Shown here piece after piece: positions 25,400 to 37,985 of a stretch of 64,000 nucleotides of DNA. This stretch comes from Camelus ferus (taxonomy: Eukaryota). Below the pieces are notes generated by a model. That model did not search any database. It saw only the letters and a program-made list of their open reading frames with translations, and had not been told where the DNA came from. Both the position numbers and the translations under genes were made by a program. Where the stretch lies: positions 58,778,001-58,842,000 of the forward strand of contig NC_045707.1 of the NCBI RefSeq assembly GCF_009834535.1, in the 5' to 3' direction. Each line of letters starts with the position of its first letter. Position 1 is the stretch's first letter.

Positions 25400-25550
25400 C
25401 AGCGAGTGATGGAAATGTGAGCTATCTTGACTGTGGTGGCCGTTTAACTGGTGTACAGGTCTATCAAAATTCATCAAACTGTACACCTGAAATACGTGTA
25501 GTTTACTGTACAGGAATCATACCATAAAAATGTGTTTTAAAAAAATAAAG
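25400..25550 (+). mobile_element. Old L1M (L1MB/MC/ME-type) 3' terminus
   Basis: 'gtgatggaaatgtgagctatcttgactgtggtggc...tcaaaattcatcaaactgtacacctgaaat' followed by an A-rich tail. Confidence 0.8.
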
Positions 25551-25849
25551 TAAAACTGCAAGATGCAGAAACCCATCAATCCTCATGAAACTATCTGTAA
25601 GTTGGTACCTTTGTGAAAGGGCAACTGTCCCTCCATTCTGGCCTCAGCAACCAGCAACTGTTATGGATGTCAGAGGGGAAACAGAATGGTATGATTTTGT
25701 TCACTAATTCTCTTAAATCCAGAGGTTTGTAGTTAAGGAAAACAAATTGAGAGTCAAACTCTCTGACTAAAAAGGCATGACTATGTAAGTATATGTTTGG
25801 AGAGATTTTCTCCTGGTTGTTGGTATGTCAACGACAGAGAATCATTCAC

Positions 25850-26030
25850 AGATAACTGGTTTTGAATATTAGCTTTGTCATAGACTAGCTATGTGTTTTG
25901 CAGTAAACTTTTTAGACTCTCAGAAACCCACTGTTCTGGGCTATAAAATGGAGCTGATGGGTTTCTACACGCAAAAGTGACTGTGATTCCATAAAAACAC
26001 TCTGGAAACTGGCTGGCACTTTATACGTAC
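25850..26030 (+). mobile_element. MIR fragment
   Basis: 'ggttttgaatattagctttgtcatagactagctatgtg...ctataaaatggagctgat'. Confidence 0.55.
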
Positions 26031-26089
26031 TGCCCTGAAAGCAATCCCTTCTGATCCCTGGGGCTGAGCAGAAATTGTATCAAAACATA

Positions 26090-26480
26090 AATTCCACTAG
26101 AATGTATGATTGTTTACATTATCATATTAAGAATATACTTGAGAAAAGGATGGCTTAAATGAATCATGGTGCAACCATTTAATGAAATACAGTAGTGTCA
26201 AAATTATAAAGCAGGTTCCTATGCATTCATACGTTATTTTATATCTTCTATGACTGAGCGAAAAAATAATCTGCAGAAGAATATTATACAAAACCCCATT
26301 AATGTAAAAGTATATATTTATACATTGTCAAAAATATGAAAGGATTCACACCGAACTGACAATATTGGTTACTCTCAGGAGATATCATTCCAGAAAGGGT
26401 TTACTTGCTTCTTTGTGTTTTAGAAAAATTTGAAAATTAGGATTTGACAGAAAGATGCTAAAACATATGTAACTTTTGAA
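26090..26480 (+). mobile_element. Old L1ME-like 3' region fragment
   Basis: 'ggatggcttaaatgaatcatggtgcaaccatttaatgaaatac...gaaaggattcacaccgaactgacaatattggttactctcagga'. Confidence 0.6.
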
Positions 26481-29321
26481 AAAAAGAATCTTACTCTGTT
26501 GCTATGCCCAAGTACTGATTATAATATTCATTTACATCTCCTCTGTTCCTATTAAATTAGAGGCAAATTCGTATCCCAAAGGTTTTTACAGTTCAGATAA
26601 TTCAATGTAATTTACATTGCCCCGTTTCACCTCTGTTCCCTCTTTGGGCTAATGGGAGGGAAACTTCCTAACTGTTCTCTCCAGCTCCTCTGTTTTTCTC
26701 TTATGAATCCTTTTCAATGTGACGCACATGCTACAAAGACATTTGTGAAATTCCGTTGTCTTTTCTCACTCAGAACTCAATTTCCCTACCTGGTTCCTTT
26801 TAATTCTCTTCTCTTAGAGAAACGTATTTCTGCTCTATCCTATCTCTGATATTTTCTCTAGCAATCACTCCGAAACACCTACCATTGTCAGTCAATCTCT
26901 AGAATACAGACACTTCAAAGTGAATTATAAATGAAATGGTGCGGTGATTGAAGTCTCTCAGATTGGGTATTATTTTAAGGTTTTTAAAACTCAGCTATAT
27001 TATCTGGTGATAACTCACACATCTAAACTCACTTGGAATGATCCTGAAAATCAGTGGACACATTTTACCCATTATTGTAGCTCTGCAAATATTGCTTGGT
27101 GTTATTTTGTGAAAATAAAGTTTAATTCACATTTATCACTAATGCAGACACTCTGACTTCATACAATGCATTTATCAATACTCCAGTAAGTATCCCATAG
27201 CAATTCTGTATTTCCAGAAATATCCTCTAAAGTAAAACTATTAAGACATTTTTTCTAGCATTTTCATGTCTGTGGTTCCTAAAATAACTGATCCTATGTT
27301 AGCCCAGGGAAATACCATGCCTTTCTTATTACTATAGTCCTTGGTTTGGAGAAGTCCTCTAGCCAATCACTAGTCGCTGGTATAAAGAAAATCTCTGAAC
27401 TCAGTAGGACTGAAGAAGGAAAGAGGTGACCCTATTGGAGAATCTAGAATTTTACACTTGATACATTATAATGTGAGGACCCTGCTATCTACCAAAGGAA
27501 AAAGGGATTTTTAACTTAAGCTATGTAAGGAACTTACATCTCAGACAGCAAATTGGACACATGCCTTTAGGATCAGCATGTGCTCTGAAAGCATCTCTCT
27601 GTGGACACTATCTTGCTTTTGGCACAGGGACCGTGAAGGAAATAGATGCTACTTAAAATGCTAACATGTTCAGTCTCATTTAAGATGCTCATATTTTTGT
27701 GATAAGATGAATGGCAAGTCAATTCTTGACCAGATTAGAATCTTGAAGAAACTGTCAGTCAAACACCACTTGTCATGCTTTGAGTTAATTAAATTCATAT
27801 AATCCTATGCACACATGAATATAAAAAATGCAGATTTTACTCTGTGAAGCCCAAATTAATAAACAGAATGAATATAGCTTCACTTCATAGAATTACACAG
27901 AACAGACATAAAATGGCCAGCAATTCATGTATATTATATCTGTAGAATGTTTATCATTAATAACAGTATATTTTCATTAAAATATGGGTTATGAACTATG
28001 CTAAATACTACAGGCATCATTAATTTTCTGTCACAGTATATTATAAAATTTAAAAAGGCAGTAATTAACCTGACATAAGTCTTTCTTACAAGCCAGCTGT
28101 TAATTTCTAGATGAAATAATACATTCTCTAAATTATATTTTGATTAGGAGTAAAGAAAGCAATGTGACTAAATAAGAAAATTAAATGTGTCATTAATTGT
28201 AGAAAATGTTATTCTATGACTAATTCCCTCATTTTGAGAGCCTTTAATATAGTGAGTTGCAGTAATATTAACTTAAAAAATTATCTGAGAAATGGTGTTC
28301 TCTCTTTTCCTAATTAAGGGGTTAAAATAATCTGCAGGACTATTCACATATCATATTTATATCCTTTTCTATCACTACTGTTATTATTATTTTTTTTTTA
28401 CACACAGTAATTCTGTGGTTCTTTAAAACCTCTGAAAAAACTGAACATGAAAATGTATAGCTGGTTTTTAAAACACTACTTGACTATGGGGATATTTTAT
28501 TAGATTAAAATAAAGTACTACTAAGATTGTTTCTAAAGATTGGTTTATACAAAAGATCTAACTTGGTTACTTTCCTCTCACCACGTAAGGACTTTTAATG
28601 CTCTCAATTTTTTTTTTTAGACAGTACCTCTTGCATCAGGCCCAGGTTTCCCTAAATTAATGAAAATCACCTGAACAGTTCTATAAAGAGCAGTAATCTG
28701 AATAAAACATAGAAACAAAAACCAAAAATAATCCTTGTCATCCTCCAAAGCTACATTTGCTATAGGAAGCCTTCCTGTGGTCTGTTTGCACTTAGAATAT
28801 TGTCAGCTTGAACAAGTCATTTTAGTACATATTTTAAAATTTTAATCTCTTCCTAGCCATCTCCTCTTCAGTGAATCTGTTTTTCTTTTCTGGATTCAAA
28901 GTTTTCTCAGGCACTGTTTCATCTAGTTGAATTTGACAGCCTGTCTGAACAGTCCATAATGCTAAGTTAAATGATTTGGCTTTTTCACAGAAGCCCACCA
29001 GCCACTGGGTTTCCAGTTCCACATCATGATGTATAATCTAGCCTCAATGTGAGTGACATTTCTTTCAAGAAAAGGGCTTCACTAGTGAAAAATCTCCAAG
29101 GTGAAAATTCTTCCTCCTCTATCTTCTGATCTATTTGCACTTGGCTAGGTTTTGCCCAAATGAGAGGCTAAAGAATTGAATAGTATACGCAGACCTCACC
29201 ATCTAAAGCACCTTCTTGGAGGTTAATTCCTAAATCTGTAACATTCCTGCTGTTTGTCAGGAAACTAGGGGAGAACAGGAAGAAACCAAGCTGATGGAGG
29301 AAAGTAGCTGCAAAGTCTTTC

Positions 29322-29534
29322 AGGGAAAGAAGGAACGAAGAAGGAAGGGAAGGGAAGGGAGGGGAGGGGAGGGAGGGGAGGGAGGGAGGGAGGGGAGGGA
29401 GGGAGGGGAGGGGAGGGGAGGGGAGGGAGGGGACGGGCGAGGGGAGGGGAGGGGAGGGGAGGGCGGGAGAGGAAGGGGGAAGGGAACAGGGAAGGGAAGG
29501 GAAGGGTAAGGGAAGGAAGGGAAGGGAAGGAAGA
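29322..29534 (+). repeat. Polypurine (GGGAA/GGGGA/GGGA)n low-complexity tract, about 210 bp
   Basis: Directly visible, almost entirely G/A on the + strand. It accounts for the Pro/Ser- and Gly/Glu/Arg-rich ORFs here. Confidence 0.97.
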
Positions 29535-32500
29535 CAACCCCCCCCCAAAAAACCCTTAAGTGGTACTCCATCATAATATACAATATACAAATCACTCATA
29601 ATTAATAAATAAATGTCATGAAACATTTTGGGAACGAAACTTGTAAAGCTGGGTTTGTTTAATAGATGTAAAGAATTCGTATATCCTTTACACTGAGGCA
29701 GACTCCTAACAAGCAAATATTGCTGTTCTACAATCTGATCCAATCCAGTGCTCTTGTTTGTTCAACTCCAAAGCTGAGATATTTGAGCTAAAATTTTCAC
29801 TGGCCTTCCAATTTGGTGAGTAAATGTATCATTAAACAAGTATTTATTACATATTTAGTAATATGTATTAATACATAATAGTAAATATGTATTAAATCTA
29901 TAAATATTACATATTTAGGGTAAAATGTGAGGGGTGCTATAGAATCACTGAGTATATTGGTTTTAAGAGTAGCTCCAGCTTTAGAAACACATGCTTTTAC
30001 CCAGTAAGTATTACTGGACACAGGAACTTTGCCATCCTTTTCCTACTGTATCTCCAGTGAGGAGATGCCTGGTATATACGAGCAGATTCTTGTGGAAAGA
30101 ATAAATTTGTTCCCTCCTTATAAGAGAGATGATCTTTTGGGAAATACTTTTAAAAGGACATTTTACTGAAATATAAACAGAAAGGATTTCTCTGTTAGAC
30201 TTCTCTAACATATAAATGTATAGCTATTTAATACATAAATATAAATCTGCTGGAACATTATGTACCTGAGTTAGAGCCTAAAACTTCTGTACAGATATTA
30301 TTACTTTTAAAAAGGAAAAAATAAAAAAGGATCTGAGTTCTCTTTGAGGAATGTCAAGTTGAGTGGTGACATGAAAGGGGAAACTGCATATTTTGAACTA
30401 GAATTCTTCTATTCCTTCTATGTCCACCCACAGGGCTAAGAAATATTAGAAAAAGCAGACGAGCCAAGGAGGGCTGCCATCAGTCTCAGGTAGGATGTGG
30501 GAGAGTGGATGAAGGACTGAGTAAGGGCAGACCGAGCACAATTATCCATCATTGACTCTCTCTACACAAACAGAAGTGATTTCCCATTAATAGCATTAGA
30601 TTTGTGCCAAAACCCACATTATTAGTAAGGCACAATGCTAATGTGACAAGATTAGCACCAAAGACAGATGGTTCCAAGTGTGTTTCACGTAAGCACTGCT
30701 GATCTCATTTCCTGAGCTGAGGAGAGAGGTCTGGCTTGGTAACATTTGCCTAAGTGCATCACTGAAACTGTGCAAACTATAAAGAAAAAGATCTGCACAT
30801 AATATATAGGTTACATATGTCTGAATATATACAGACATATGCATATGGATGATATATGCATATTATACAAAATAGTTCCTTAGTTATTCTGAAACAAACC
30901 CAATAGCTCAATTCCTGTTACTTTCAAATTCCTTTTTTTCCACACATATTTGTGGCAAAGCATTCTTTTTAACTTGCTTTACTGAGATACTGTCAAAGAA
31001 GGAGAATTAATGTATTGGAGGTGAACTAATGAGGTGACTGAAGTTACCATTTTTCATGAACATGTAACCAGACTTTGGCATATAAAAAACAGAAATGGAT
31101 TCAGAAAATTGCATTTTGAATTTGAGCACCATTTGTCTCTGTAACATATTTTGCGAAATTATAAGTTTTAAATGCTGAATCATGTCCCGAATCTAAGGGG
31201 GAAAAAAACCACATTTACTTCACAATTATTCTATTTTAATCTCAAGTACTTTTGCACACTGGATATTAATTTCAGTGATTATGACGGAGGGCTGAGTTGT
31301 CAACATTTATGTGTGTGTGCTTTAAAATAAAACCTCAGCCAAAAATGGCACAATTCCTCCAAAATAATATTCAAAGGAAAAATCCAAATACTGAGATAAA
31401 TAAGGTAAGCTAGTTATGAATAAGCTACATTTCTGTTTTGAATTTATTGTAAAGTTATTTTTATTTCCTTTCTGTATTTAATATACATTAACTTTATTTC
31501 TCTTACAATTTGATCACAATACTATTTTATTTATTGTAGTAAAGAAAATAACAATCCTTTAAGGGGGTTTTGATCAGCTGAAATTTTTTTCCAGGGAATT
31601 TTGCTGTTATATTCACATTCTAAACTCCCAAGATAAAAAAGCCTAAAGTGAAGCCCACTTACAACTATTAGATGGCACACAAATAAAATTAAAGTCCAAA
31701 GGCTGAGTTAGTAGCTTTTCTCAGTTTGTAAATAGAAACAAGGCTGTTTGTGATAATTTACTTATCAAAAAGATTTCCAGCGTTTAGTCTTTATCACTAG
31801 GGCAATGACAAATGAAATTAATCTCCTTAAATGCTAACAAATTATTCCGGTACTACACATTTGTTGGTGTTTGCCAAGATGACTGTTATTTAAATATTTA
31901 AAAAAAGAGAAAACATCCTCTGGGCAGAGCATAACCCGGGCTACACTGAAAATTAAGCACCTGCTGGTGAATGTCCCTTTTCAGAAATGCTTAAAATTTT
32001 GAAGTCTTTGTAAAAATGAACTAATTTTTTTCAATATTGCTTAGCAATCGGTAACTCTAAAAAGATACGGGCTTCTGAAAGCTGTAGCTTGCCATGTTTA
32101 CAAGATACTATCATTTGAAAAAAAATCTATATAATCATGCAAAATTTTCACTATAGGCAACCAATTCAAAAGGAGTAAGTTATAACTTCTAATTTATTAT
32201 GAGCTTCAAACAAAATGAACCATGTGATGGAGCTTTTTTAATGGTGAGTAACAAGATGAATTTTACAGAGTTTATTAGATATTTAGGAAGACACGTGGAG
32301 ACGTTCTGCAAAGTCTTTTCAGAGAAATTGTAGCGAAACGCAGCTTGTCACTAAAACTTACAAGTCTGTTTTTTCAAACCTGGCATGCCATGCTTTTTAT
32401 ACTAGTTTTAGTATTTGCCATAGGCTAAAGATGTGACCCCGAAGACGGAGCTCAGTGGAGAAATCCAATCATAGATTCAATAAAAAAAAAAAGTGGTAGG

Positions 32501-32584
32501 AGACTGAAAACTGTATTCTTAAGTGGATTATTAACTCCTTGAAAACCACTGTGCTCTGTACAAAAGAATTTAGTAAGTACTCAC

Positions 32585-33025
32585 CACTTTCTTATCCAAT
32601 GAGTATTAATGAATATTTATTGACTATCTACTATTTTTAGGCTACCCTAAAAAGAGCGAGGAGGAAACAATAAAAATAGAAAGCCCTGGCTACTCTTTCT
32701 GATAATTTCATAGAACACATGCAAAGTTTAATACACCATTTTAACCAACATCCTTATTCTTGAGTTACATACAATACAACTGCAGTTCAGAGCAGTGAAG
32801 TGGTAAGTCAGATAAAGTTCATGAAAGGTAGACACTAACACAGTAAGTTGGTTTCACTTTTTAGGTAAAATTACTGAAGACAGATAAATTTACAGTTAAC
32901 TACAAAACGAAGAAATCTATGCTTTCAAACAGTGGAACACAATTCTGTAGAACTGAGAACATGAACACTTTCACATGGAGAAACTTTTCATGGAACAACT
33001 GGACGTTTGGATCTTAAAGGAGAGT

Positions 33026-33065
<40 letters not shown>

Positions 33066-33725
33066 AGGAGAGCGTAGAGCAAGATGGAGAGAGGCCATAA
33101 GAATGACTTGAAGTCTAGAAAGTTAGGCATATTTGGAGAACTGTTGGATTAATTGTATAATCTTGTGCAAGTTAACAAAAAAAAAGTCTAGAGACAAAGG
33201 TTAAGGATAGATTTTGATGGTTTTGGAATACCAGAAAAGGCTGAACATGTGGCAATGGGAATCAATGACTGCATAGATTAATGTGGTGCTTTGGGAAGAT
33301 TAAATAGGTAATTATAGGGTTGAAGGGCTCAGAGGCTGAACGAAGGGAATGAGGAAGGGAGGAGGGAGGGAGAGAGAGAGATTGATTCACTACTTTCTTT
33401 AGACTTAAGCTTTGTAGTGTTTGTTGAGTGGAGTGTTGGTCAAGTTTCTTGGATAAATTGATGGGTTCACTATGAAGACACTGAAGTTGTACAAAAGGAT
33501 GCTTGGGTTTGGGGTCAACAGGAAGACAGCAAGCCAGATTCCAGTCTCCTCAATGGTTGGACCGTGTGTCTGGGATGTGCATGCAGAGTAAAGGTTTTGC
33601 ATGAGAGGAAAGTGATGGTCTTTGAGTGGAAATGGCAACAGACTGTTATTCCCACTTCAGTCCTCCCCTCTCCACTCCCTCGTTCCTTTTTGGATGTAAT
33701 GGAATGAACAGCCTCCACTTGAGCT
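32585..33725 (-). mobile_element. Fragmented L2 (3' end plus internal segments)
   Basis: 'gaatatttattgactatctactat' (3' end), 'ggcaatgggaatcaatgac...gctttgggaagattaa', and internal 'gaacagcctccacttgag'. Confidence 0.55.
33028..33063. repeat. Poly(T)36 homopolymer
   Basis: Directly visible. Confidence 0.97.
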
Positions 33726-35369
33726 GCCCTCGATTTTTGGTGAGTGAAGTAACTGATAGTTTATTAACTAAAAAGGGAAGAAAGAATATATTTTAAAGAG
33801 ATGTAGGAAGTAGGTCACGGAATACCAAAAAAAAAGAGTTGTGACGTTGGATATAGAAACAACCATCAATGGGAAATATTTTCTGTAATAGAAATTTTGT
33901 ATTTTTACCAGTAGCCAAAGATGGCAGCATTAAAGGAAATATTATCAATCTGAATACGGTGCAGCTTCATATGCTAGACAAATGTTGAATATTGATGAAA
34001 AGTTCTATTTTTTTCAAAGCATATAGTGAATGTAATACATTAAGTTTCCCTAAAACTTTGTAGATTCCATGGACTAAGCCACTAATCTAACTTGACACAT
34101 TACTTTAGAGTTTTAGAATTCTACTGATTTACCAAAAGCTTCAAGAACCATTGCCTTTTTCTTTAGGAAAAGTGTATCTAAAAAATAAAATTGAACTCCA
34201 AGGGACCATCCAAAATCTTTGGTTGTAGACTAATTTTGCCACATTAAATTTCACTTGAAGAAAGTGAAACAGTAATGGAACTTGGATATATTTGTTTTGC
34301 TTTGTTCTTATGATATTTGACCTCTAGAAAATAAAAAAGGAGCCTTAAAAATGGAATAAAGAAGGAGAAACATAAGCTGGGATAGAGAACTGAAATCAGC
34401 CAGGAGACTCAACACTTCCCATAATTGTCCTCATTTGCCCTGAGGACAGAACAATAAAGAAAATTAGCTTCAACCAGATTTAGGAAAAAATGTTATAAAC
34501 CATCATCTGCTGAGTAATGACTGAGTACAGAGCATTGTGCTAGACTCTGGGGGCTAGCATTCAAGGACTTCTCATTAAGGTGAAGAGATGTCAAAATCTA
34601 CTTTATATAGCTATCTATATAACTATAGAATAGATTTATGTATATATCCTAAAGGCTTATTAAATAAAGAGACCAAAAATAAAATAACCAACGGATACCA
34701 GTATTAGTTAGGTTTCATGAAAAAAAGTAGCACTTGGTCTGGACTTCTAAGATACGACATAAGAAATACTAAAAATGACAAAACCACTTCTCAGATGGGA
34801 CGTTGTCAGAAATCCTAAAATCTCCGTTAATGTAATACGAAAAAGTGAGTGTCATTTTGGCGATCACTGCCTTCCACTGCTCATCTTGGGGCTGCAGAAG
34901 ACTGCTGTGTGATGCTCACATCACACTAAAAATAGTAATAATAATAATCATCTCTTTCTAAACACTTATTACTGAGCCGCATTTTCAATGATCTTAGTAA
35001 CTGCAGATAGTGAATCTAGGCTTCCTATTTCTCTAACATAACCTGAATGCTTGTGTGAGGGTTAGTTTAGACTAGAGTTAGCTTCTCCTGGAGGCAAGGG
35101 ACTGGATTAAGTGTCTGGAGATCCTTCCAGCTGTGTAATTATTTTGTATCGATTTTAATTATCCACAAAGCATGAAACTGCTGAGAGCTCTGATTCCAAA
35201 GCTATGACCTAAATGTTCCAAAGGCCTACCCTTTCCCCTGCTAATTCAGTTCCCCTGTCTTTACGGGAAAATTAATGCTGCAGATAAAGCTTTAGGTAGC
35301 ATTTGTCTTTTAACAGTGAAAATAACGAACTTAAATCCCTAACAGTAAGACTGAAGTTTAGAAGCTTAC

Positions 35370-35405
35370 TGTGCAAGTTCGAAAGGTGACTTTGATCCCA
35401 GGTGT
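35370..35405 (-). other. Candidate 36-nt frame-preserving exon
   Basis: Minus strand: ttttcatattcttgttttcctAG|ACACCTGGGATCAAAGTCACCTTTCGAACTTGCACA|GTAAGC. Open in all three frames and in unique sequence. Confidence 0.3.
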
Positions 35406-37484
35406 CTAGGAAAACAAGAATATGAAAAGCCACATTCTCTTTAATAACTCATACTCCACATTTACATTTAAATGAAATAGCCTTTGAAATGCTTTCTTTT
35501 ACATTAAACTAGTCAGCAGCTCATTTTCTAAAGTAGGTTTATTTATTTATTTTTTTAAACCTGATTAAAAGTTTCAATCCATGGTAAGAAATTCAGCAGT
35601 ACCACGGATCTTAAGACTTTCCAGAGGCACATGTGGCTGTATCATTTGGCAACTGCATGATGGATGCCCTCCTGAAACAACAGATGTTTACACACAAAAC
35701 ACACATCTCCTACAAATCCTGAGATGAACAAAGAAGAGCATTAGCCAAAATACTGTTCAGTTTCCGTGATTCTTAAGCAAGGTGTCCCTAATTCCTGGCA
35801 ATTTCTAATCTGCTAATTGGTTTTGTCATCATTAAGGTCTCCAAAAGCAACCTAAGTGTGAGCTACACAAAGACAGCAGCTGTTCCCATTATGTTACTCT
35901 GCAGAGTTACACTTCCGGGATAGCTGAGATGTATGCCTCTGGTACAATCTGTCAACAGATTTCCAAATTATTTTTTAATTTGTGTCATGAGTAAATCATG
36001 AATGATGAGTCCCAGGACTACATCACATTTACTTTATTGGCGCATTATTCTTTTCTCTAATTCCATACGCTTGGCATGTTGATGTGCGCGTGAGTCTGTG
36101 TGTACACTTTAGGGCCTTTTCCTTGCACCTGTGCAAATAGATAGAGGGTCATTATCCTAGGTGCTATGTGCATAGAAGCCAAAGGGTAAAAAAAAAAAAT
36201 TATAATAGCAATGAGACACTCCAGAAGTAAATCCGGTGAACTGCTGCTAATTCATAGTTTATGGTGAGGTTTCCTTATCAGTCAAGCCACATTTCTCAAT
36301 TCCTTTTCCACCCTTCGCTTTATCCTATTAAACCCAGAGGAAAGGTTGCGTCTCCAGACATAGCTTACTGAGTACTGGCATGATTAGGGCTCACTCCCTG
36401 ATGGCTGTTTGATGTTATGTATTTTTTCAGTATCCTATTTTCCTACAGAACAGTGCTAAAGGAGAAAGAAATAGAAGGAAAAAGGTTGGAAAAGAAGACA
36501 GAGAAGAGGGAACCCAAGAATTCAGCTGCTCTAAGAATGGCAGAAGGAAACAAAGAAAGAAGATAAAAGAGGAATGCAAAAATACAATGATTGTTAGCCC
36601 TGGCTACGATTCTTTCAAATATAGTTCAAAGCCTCCCAGTTGCAAATCTTTACATCCACTGTTAGCTGCCTCCTCGCCACATTCTCTCCTATGTCAGCAT
36701 CACATTGGCAGCAGCAAGCTACGATCTCAGGCACGCCAGTCACATCTGCCTCTTCCCCCCGTAAGAGGGAAATCATATCTAATTACCCTAAGCAGCATTC
36801 AAAACATAGGTCTTAGAGAGCGTTAGGTTTCAGAGAATTAAGAATTTAGCTAGGTAGCTCTTTTGATCAACATTTGTACGAGTTATTTTATTCTGAATAA
36901 TGTTTCAGCATTAGAGGACTACAGAATTTTCCAGAAAGTAAGGCTTTGTGTTGAAATGATTCTGAAGGAGAATAAAAATTTATAATTAATACCGTCTCCT
37001 TAACAAGATGACATATAAATACTCTTTCTCTTTTAAATTCCAGTTTGAAGGTAAGAAGCTGCTGGTATAAGAATAAGGCTATTCTCCTTAAGCAATTGTT
37101 CAGCATAACTTATCTTAATTTACTTATCTTTATAATGCAACCACAGCTCTACTCTACGCACCATGATGGCTGTGTTCAATCAAAGTACTAAAAATACTAC
37201 TACTAATTGTGTTTCTGTGATGATCTTCTACGCAATTCCAATTATTGAAGATATTTTATTATTGTTACTAGGATAAATATCTAATTTCTTCTCAACTTAG
37301 AAGATTTAAAGGCCACAAAGGCATCTTCTCTAGAAATAAACAGTTGGGAACAGGGAGTAAAGAAGGGTACCAAAGCATCATCTCCGTGACTCCTTCTGCT
37401 TTCCCAAAGTCCAAATGAGTCACACCCAGAGATCCACACACAGTCAGAGAACCTTGGAAAAGAAGTCCAAATGCTAACATAATT

Positions 37485-37985
37485 ACCACAGAATACACTG
37501 ATCAGGTTGGTCCCCATCAGCTAAGTCAACTTCACAGTTACATTCCTGACTCTAACCAAGCCCTTGATCTCTCTTACAGCATTTACTTTAGAAAACTTAT
37601 CCTTTGAAATGTAAATACTTTTTAAAGGTTCTTGCCAGTTTCACAACCCAGAAATGTCTTTCTCAAGGACCTGGAAGCCATCCCTTTGAAACGTAACCAC
37701 CCAGGAAGACAGCACACCTGTTTTTCACGCCTTATGAAGGCAGAAGCCTAAATGTGACAGCTGCTCCAAGTTGTAAAACTATCTCCTGTCTTTAAGATCA
37801 GAGGAAGTTTCCTTTTCCTGTAGGTAAATCCAATTAGCAAACAAAGGTGGACTGAGAGGCCTCCACCCCACCTCTTAAAACTCTCCGGCCTTTTGTTTTC
37901 ACTGGAGTAGAGGTCCAGTTGAGTTTGGGCCTTTCTTTCCTGTTGCAATAGCTTTGAATTAAGGCCCCCTTGCTTGTTTTAGACA
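37485..37985 (+). mobile_element. ERV1-class solo LTR (MER34/MER39-like)
   Basis: 'ccagtttcacaacccagaaatgtctttctcaaggacctggaagccatccctttgaaacgtaa...ccaattagcaaaca...ttgcaatagctttgaattaag' matches the recalled MER34-family LTR layout. Confidence 0.75.

Noticed and set aside
27362..27390. CCAAT followed by TATAAA
   Set aside because: Spacing is too short for a canonical promoter, with no CpG island or downstream exon
29168..29743. 191-aa and overlapping Pro/Ser- or Gly/Arg/Glu-rich ORFs
   Set aside because: They are translations of the (GGGGA)n simple repeat, which lacks stop codons
29820..29920. Resemblance to mitochondrial D-loop TAS motifs (possible NUMT)
   Set aside because: Only TA-rich low complexity, with no flanking mitochondrial tRNA or conserved sequence blocks
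36369..36455. 87-nt minus-strand segment with a strong acceptor and GTAAGC donor
   Set aside because: Stops in all three frames, and the pyrimidine tract is low-complexity. It illustrates the pseudo-exon background
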